From assembly GCA_009776805.1 (NCBI GenBank), contig WRNB01000002.1:1-59066 (forward strand): 59,066 bases of DNA, in the 5' to 3' direction. This DNA comes from Candidatus Bathycorpusculum grumuli. GTDB taxonomy: Archaea; Thermoproteota; Bathyarchaeia; Bathyarchaeales; Bathycorpusculaceae. The notes under the pieces are model-generated. The model searched no databases, was not told the origin of the DNA, and saw only the letters and a program-made list of their open reading frames with translations. Positions 55,428 through 59,066 of this stretch are shown one piece after another. Numbering within the stretch: the stretch's first letter is position 1; the number at the start of each line of letters is the position of its first letter. A program made the translations under genes and the position numbers.

Positions 55428-57083
55428 TTACACCTCTGCCTTACACAAAAACTCTTTTGCACGATTAAGCAAAAGCTTATAGAAAACCCCTGCAATAACA
55501 ACAGCAATCACACCACTTATAGCAGTAGCAACAAACGGGTTAAAACTTGGAAAACTATAACCCATACTACCTAACATTGAAGAAATAACTATTGGCAACA
55601 AAGGAATTAAAATAACAAAACCTGTAAACGCACATGCAACCATATTAATAAACACCCAAGATTGACGAACCATACGAGGTCTTGGAACTTCAGTAAAGTC
55701 CGCACCTATAAAACCGACATGCAAGGATATAGCACTTAAAGCAATAGTTAAAAAGAAAGCTTCCAAAACACCTACAACTATTATTGTAGTAGAAGACCTA
55801 TAGAGAAGAGTACCAATTACTCCAGTAATAACTAACATCATTAAACCAAAAAACACTGTAAAGAAATACTTACTTTTAACAAGATTTTTAGCACTAATAG
55901 GCGAAGCATAAATTCGCCATATTGCCTGACCCTCTTCTCCAATTATAAGTGTACCCAACATCATAACCATAAAGACAGCAGGAAGCAAGTAAACCATACC
56001 CGCATTATACAATACAACCTCAGATGACCCACCTAAAGATTGCATTAAAGGTATTAAAACAAATATTACAGGAGAAATAAATACAGTCATAAGCTCTCTT
56101 CGTCGAGTAAATGCTTTAAAGTCTTTACGCATTAAAGCTGCCTCATTTGTAGAAAAACCAAATTTACCCAAAACACCCGTTTTTGGTGTATAAAGACCAC
56201 TTTTTTGAATTCTTATAGCAGGAGGCTCATAGAGACCAAAACGTTTGTTTAATAAAACAGCTAAAACATACATACCACATATGAAAACAACTGTTAAAAA
56301 CATGTAAATCACACCTAATAAAACACTACCACTTGTGGAAAAAAAGTTTGATATCATAAGACCAGGCCATACAAACGGTATATAAAATAATGAATTTTGG
56401 ACTTCGGGCAGAATTGAAAACAAGTTAACACTACGATAAATAACAGAGAAGTAACCTATAAAAAAGATAAGTAAAAAAGTAAGCGAACCAACAAAACGCA
56501 CCCATATAGCACCTCGCCCACTTGATTTATAAATTGCACCAGTAAAACGTACCTGCAATACACGCAATACTTCCATAAATACACTTGATAAAAACGCTGC
56601 AGCAAAAATAGCTACAGAAGTCATAACCGCCAAAATAATTAATCCCGTGAAAACTGCAAACACTAAAATTGCCGAAACAATAAGCAATACAACATACAAA
56701 GGAACACCCAATAAACTTGCAAACACAGATGCTAAAGTGTGCTCTTGCCAAGTAATAGGTAACCAGTAAGGTGCTTCAGCCTGCATCCTAACACCACTAC
56801 GCTGAATTTGGAAAAGTACCGTAAAAACAGCACTAATAACCAACACAAACGTTGGAAACGCAGCAAACACTCCAGTAGCAACAGTTTGAATTTCATCAAT
56901 AGCAAACGAATTAACAACAACCCACGCAAAAAAACCTACAGCAACACCTATCACAACAAATAACAAAAAAGACAAATTAGCAAAAACACGATTTTCATGA
57001 TACCCTGTAGCCTTTACACCTCTTAACATACGACCCGCTTTACGCTCAATCTGCATGAGACGATAAACATTTTTCCAATTCAT
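55428..57083 (-). CDS. Polytopic membrane protein, putative ABC exporter permease
   Basis: About 12-14 TM helices with two-fold internal organisation (EAPYWLPI; EEGQAIWRIYASPI); 4-bp overlap with the ATPase. Confidence 0.8.
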   Translation of the reverse strand: MNWKNVYRLMQIERKAGRMLRGVKATGYHENRVFANLSFLLFVVIGVAVGFFAWVVVNSFAIDEIQTVATGVFAAFPTFVLVISAVFTVLFQIQRSGVRMQAEAPYWLPITWQEHTLASVFASLLGVPLYVVLLIVSAILVFAVFTGLIILAVMTSVAIFAAAFLSSVFMEVLRVLQVRFTGAIYKSSGRGAIWVRFVGSLTFLLIFFIGYFSVIYRSVNLFSILPEVQNSLFYIPFVWPGLMISNFFSTSGSVLLGVIYMFLTVVFICGMYVLAVLLNKRFGLYEPPAIRIQKSGLYTPKTGVLGKFGFSTNEAALMRKDFKAFTRRRELMTVFISPVIFVLIPLMQSLGGSSEVVLYNAGMVYLLPAVFMVMMLGTLIIGEEGQAIWRIYASPISAKNLVKSKYFFTVFFGLMMLVITGVIGTLLYRSSTTIIVVGVLEAFFLTIALSAISLHVGFIGADFTEVPRPRMVRQSWVFINMVACAFTGFVILIPLLPIVISSMLGSMGYSFPSFNPFVATAISGVIAVVIAGVFYKLLLNRAKEFLCKAEV

Positions 57084-57850
57084 TTAACAAGTGCCTCAAC
57101 CACAGCTTTCAAATCCTCAGTACCCGTAAGTTTAAGGAAAATCTCTTCAAGACCCGAACCAGGCAAACTTGCCTTCTGCTGCAACTCTACCATATTACCA
57201 AGAGCCAAAAGATTACCCTTATACATAATTGCAATCTGATCACTCAACGCCTGAGCAATCTCAAGAACATGAGTAGTAATAATAGTAGTTACCCCCTGAT
57301 CCTTTAACCCAGAAAGAATATCCTTAACAATCCGTGCACTCCTAGGATCCAAAGCATTAAGCGGCTCATCCAAAATTAACAATTTAGGCTTATGAATAAA
57401 AGCTGAAATCAACGCAATTTTCTTTTTCATACCATCAGAATAACTATTTATCATATCGCCTTCTCGCCCTTCAAGCTGCAAAGCTTTTAAATACTCATTT
57501 ATTCTCTGCTGCTTCTCATCAGAAGACAACCCATAAATGTCACCTATAAAATCAAGATACTCAATACCCGTCAAAAACTCGTACATACTTGGCGACTCAG
57601 GAACATAACCTACAAGACGCTTAACATCTACAGCATTATGCTGAACATCAATCCCTAAAACACGAATAAAACCAACAGACGGCGGTACTAACCCCATCAA
57701 CATTTTCAAAGTAGTAGATTTCCCAGAACCATTAGGACCAAGCAACCCAAAAATCTCACCCTGCCTAACATTCAAATCAAGATTATTTACCGCAACAATT
57801 TCATTATAACGCTTAGTGACCTTTTTAAGTTCAACCGCTAACTGACTCAT
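57080..57850 (-). CDS. ABC exporter ATP-binding protein
   Basis: GPNGSGKST, YSDGMKKK, ILDEPLNALD, TTH; start set at ATG 57850 (MSQLAVELKK). Confidence 0.92.
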   Translation of the reverse strand: MSQLAVELKKVTKRYNEIVAVNNLDLNVRQGEIFGLLGPNGSGKSTTLKMLMGLVPPSVGFIRVLGIDVQHNAVDVKRLVGYVPESPSMYEFLTGIEYLDFIGDIYGLSSDEKQQRINEYLKALQLEGREGDMINSYSDGMKKKIALISAFIHKPKLLILDEPLNALDPRSARIVKDILSGLKDQGVTTIITTHVLEIAQALSDQIAIMYKGNLLALGNMVELQQKASLPGSGLEEIFLKLTGTEDLKAVVEALVK

Positions 57851-58340
57851 TTCCAATACCCCTACTACCAATTTACCGCCAACCAACAAGCAACATCACT
57901 AATAAACATAACAGTCCAAACACATTTTCACCACAATAAATACAAAAACAAAAACTACACAGTTACATGCTAAATAAACCGTAATTCCCAACTTTTTTCT
58001 TACCACAATAGGTGATGTTGAACAAGACGCGAGATGCGTTAAAATAATGTTGCTGTTTGTTTTTTGTAGTCAAACGATACTATAGTTTTGATGGTTTACG
58101 CACTCGTCTTATGGGTAATAAATATTTCTCACTACTAACACATTAATGAAATGTACTTATTTTTATTTACGGATTTTTATGATTTGTGTGTGTTTTGAAA
58201 AAATTTTTATAGCTGCATATTTTAATTTTTGTGAAAATAAATATTTCGGGAATTACTGGTAACTTCATCATTTCAAAAACCTAAATGACTGAACCATAAC
58301 GATTAAATAATAAAACAACAATATTTTATTAGGTGCTTTA

Positions 58341-59066
58341 ATGAAAAGATTTTGTCTGTTTTTAATGGTATTAATTCTTAGTTGTGAGTTTATATCAATT
58401 GGTATAGTGCAAGCTCAGACTGAACCATCTGTTCCAGAATTCACAGCAAAACTAGTAGACAACTCATACAATGTACCACCCACACAATCAACCGACCCCT
58501 ACACAGGAAAAACAGTAACACAACCCGGCTATCACGTAAAAAAAATAGAGGTAGAATTAAAAATAAAAAATCAACCAAGCCAATCCAAAATAATATACAA
58601 CATCCGTTACAAAGGACATTACGACCAAGAATGGAAAGAAGTATTCACTTACCCCTACCTGACTAGATGTCCAGAAATGACCAACGGACAATATACCACA
58701 ATACCATTTACAGTAGACTACTATAGTCCATACAGAGGTGCAGAGGATGTAGGTATCACTGTTCCTGATGGTGGACAAGTTGATTTTCAAGTAGAAGCGT
58801 GGAGTGGAACATTTTCATTTCAACAAGACCCGTGGGGAGAGATGACAGGTCAGGGGAGAGGGTATGATGTTTTTGATGGCGTATCGAGCGGATGGAGCAA
58901 AACACAAACAATAACCATCAACAAAAACAACAACGAAGTACCCAATCAAGCCCCCGATAACACTGAAACACCAACAAACCCAAACCAACCAATAAACTTA
59001 ACCAACATAAACCTACTCACAATCACCATCATAACAATCACAATCACAATAACAATAACTCTCCTC
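58341..59066 (+). CDS. Secreted/membrane-anchored hypothetical protein (partial, runs off the window; absent from the ORF track)
   Basis: Open frame from ATG 58341: MKRFCLFLMVLILS...PSVPEFT...DPYTG...IKNQP...YNIRYKGHY..., then a P/T/N linker and the start of a hydrophobic tail. No stop codon before the end. Confidence 0.8.
   Translation, partial: MKRFCLFLMVLILSCEFISIGIVQAQTEPSVPEFTAKLVDNSYNVPPTQSTDPYTGKTVTQPGYHVKKIEVELKIKNQPSQSKIIYNIRYKGHYDQEWKEVFTYPYLTRCPEMTNGQYTTIPFTVDYYSPYRGAEDVGITVPDGGQVDFQVEAWSGTFSFQQDPWGEMTGQGRGYDVFDGVSSGWSKTQTITINKNNNEVPNQAPDNTETPTNPNQPINLTNINLLTITIITITITITITLL

Noticed and set aside
2323-58790. Remaining short ORFs in the track that lie antisense to or within long genes (e.g. 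5129, 9397, 11723, 18130, 37422, 41177, 50524, 58557)
   Set aside because: Shadow ORFs overlapping well-supported CDSs.
1-59066. CRISPR array, rRNA or tRNA genes
   Set aside because: No regularly spaced 24-47 bp repeats with unique spacers and no rRNA or tRNA signatures were seen by eye. A tRNAscan-SE run would be needed to exclude intron-split tRNAs.

Overview
Low-GC archaeal chromosomal window. Archaeal origin is supported by tsr3, archaeal-type pyrH, GGAGGTGA ribosome-binding sites and TATA boxes. The surface-protein repertoire suggests a host-associated Bathyarchaeia, but this is inference. The core is a ~34 kb block (8.2-42.4 kb), almost all on the minus strand. It encodes five cobalamin/Fe-chelate-type substrate-binding proteins, two BtuCD/FecCD-type importers, a CobN + ChlI/D chelatase, CbiZ, an ABC-2 exporter, a membrane polyferredoxin with a CARDB surface protein, and two phosphoesterases. 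It also encodes a nitrogenase-superfamily enzyme (NifH fused to a NifD/E-like subunit, plus a NifK/N-like subunit) translationally coupled to one importer. This enzyme lacks the FeMoco Cys ligand and the P-cluster Cys set, so it is probably not an N2-fixing nitrogenase. Reading the intergenic DNA revealed a fixed-spacing 40-bp promoter/operator motif (sense strand TCAAC-N6-TTAA-N6-TTAA-N7-TATA box) in 11 copies. Nine sit upstream of transcription units in the block, tying them into one putative regulon. The other two abut two homologous, apparently structured non-coding elements. The best hypothesis is an uncharacterised metallo-tetrapyrrole scavenging/remodelling system with a nitrogenase-like reductase. 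The flanks carry housekeeping genes (nnr, tsr3, htpX, pyrH, alkA), several ABC exporters (one fused to a YhfC-like protease), a large adhesin-like protein, an IS1 remnant and a further GC-rich candidate ncRNA. No rRNA, tRNA or CRISPR array was recognised. All family assignments come from motifs read by eye; no database searches were run.
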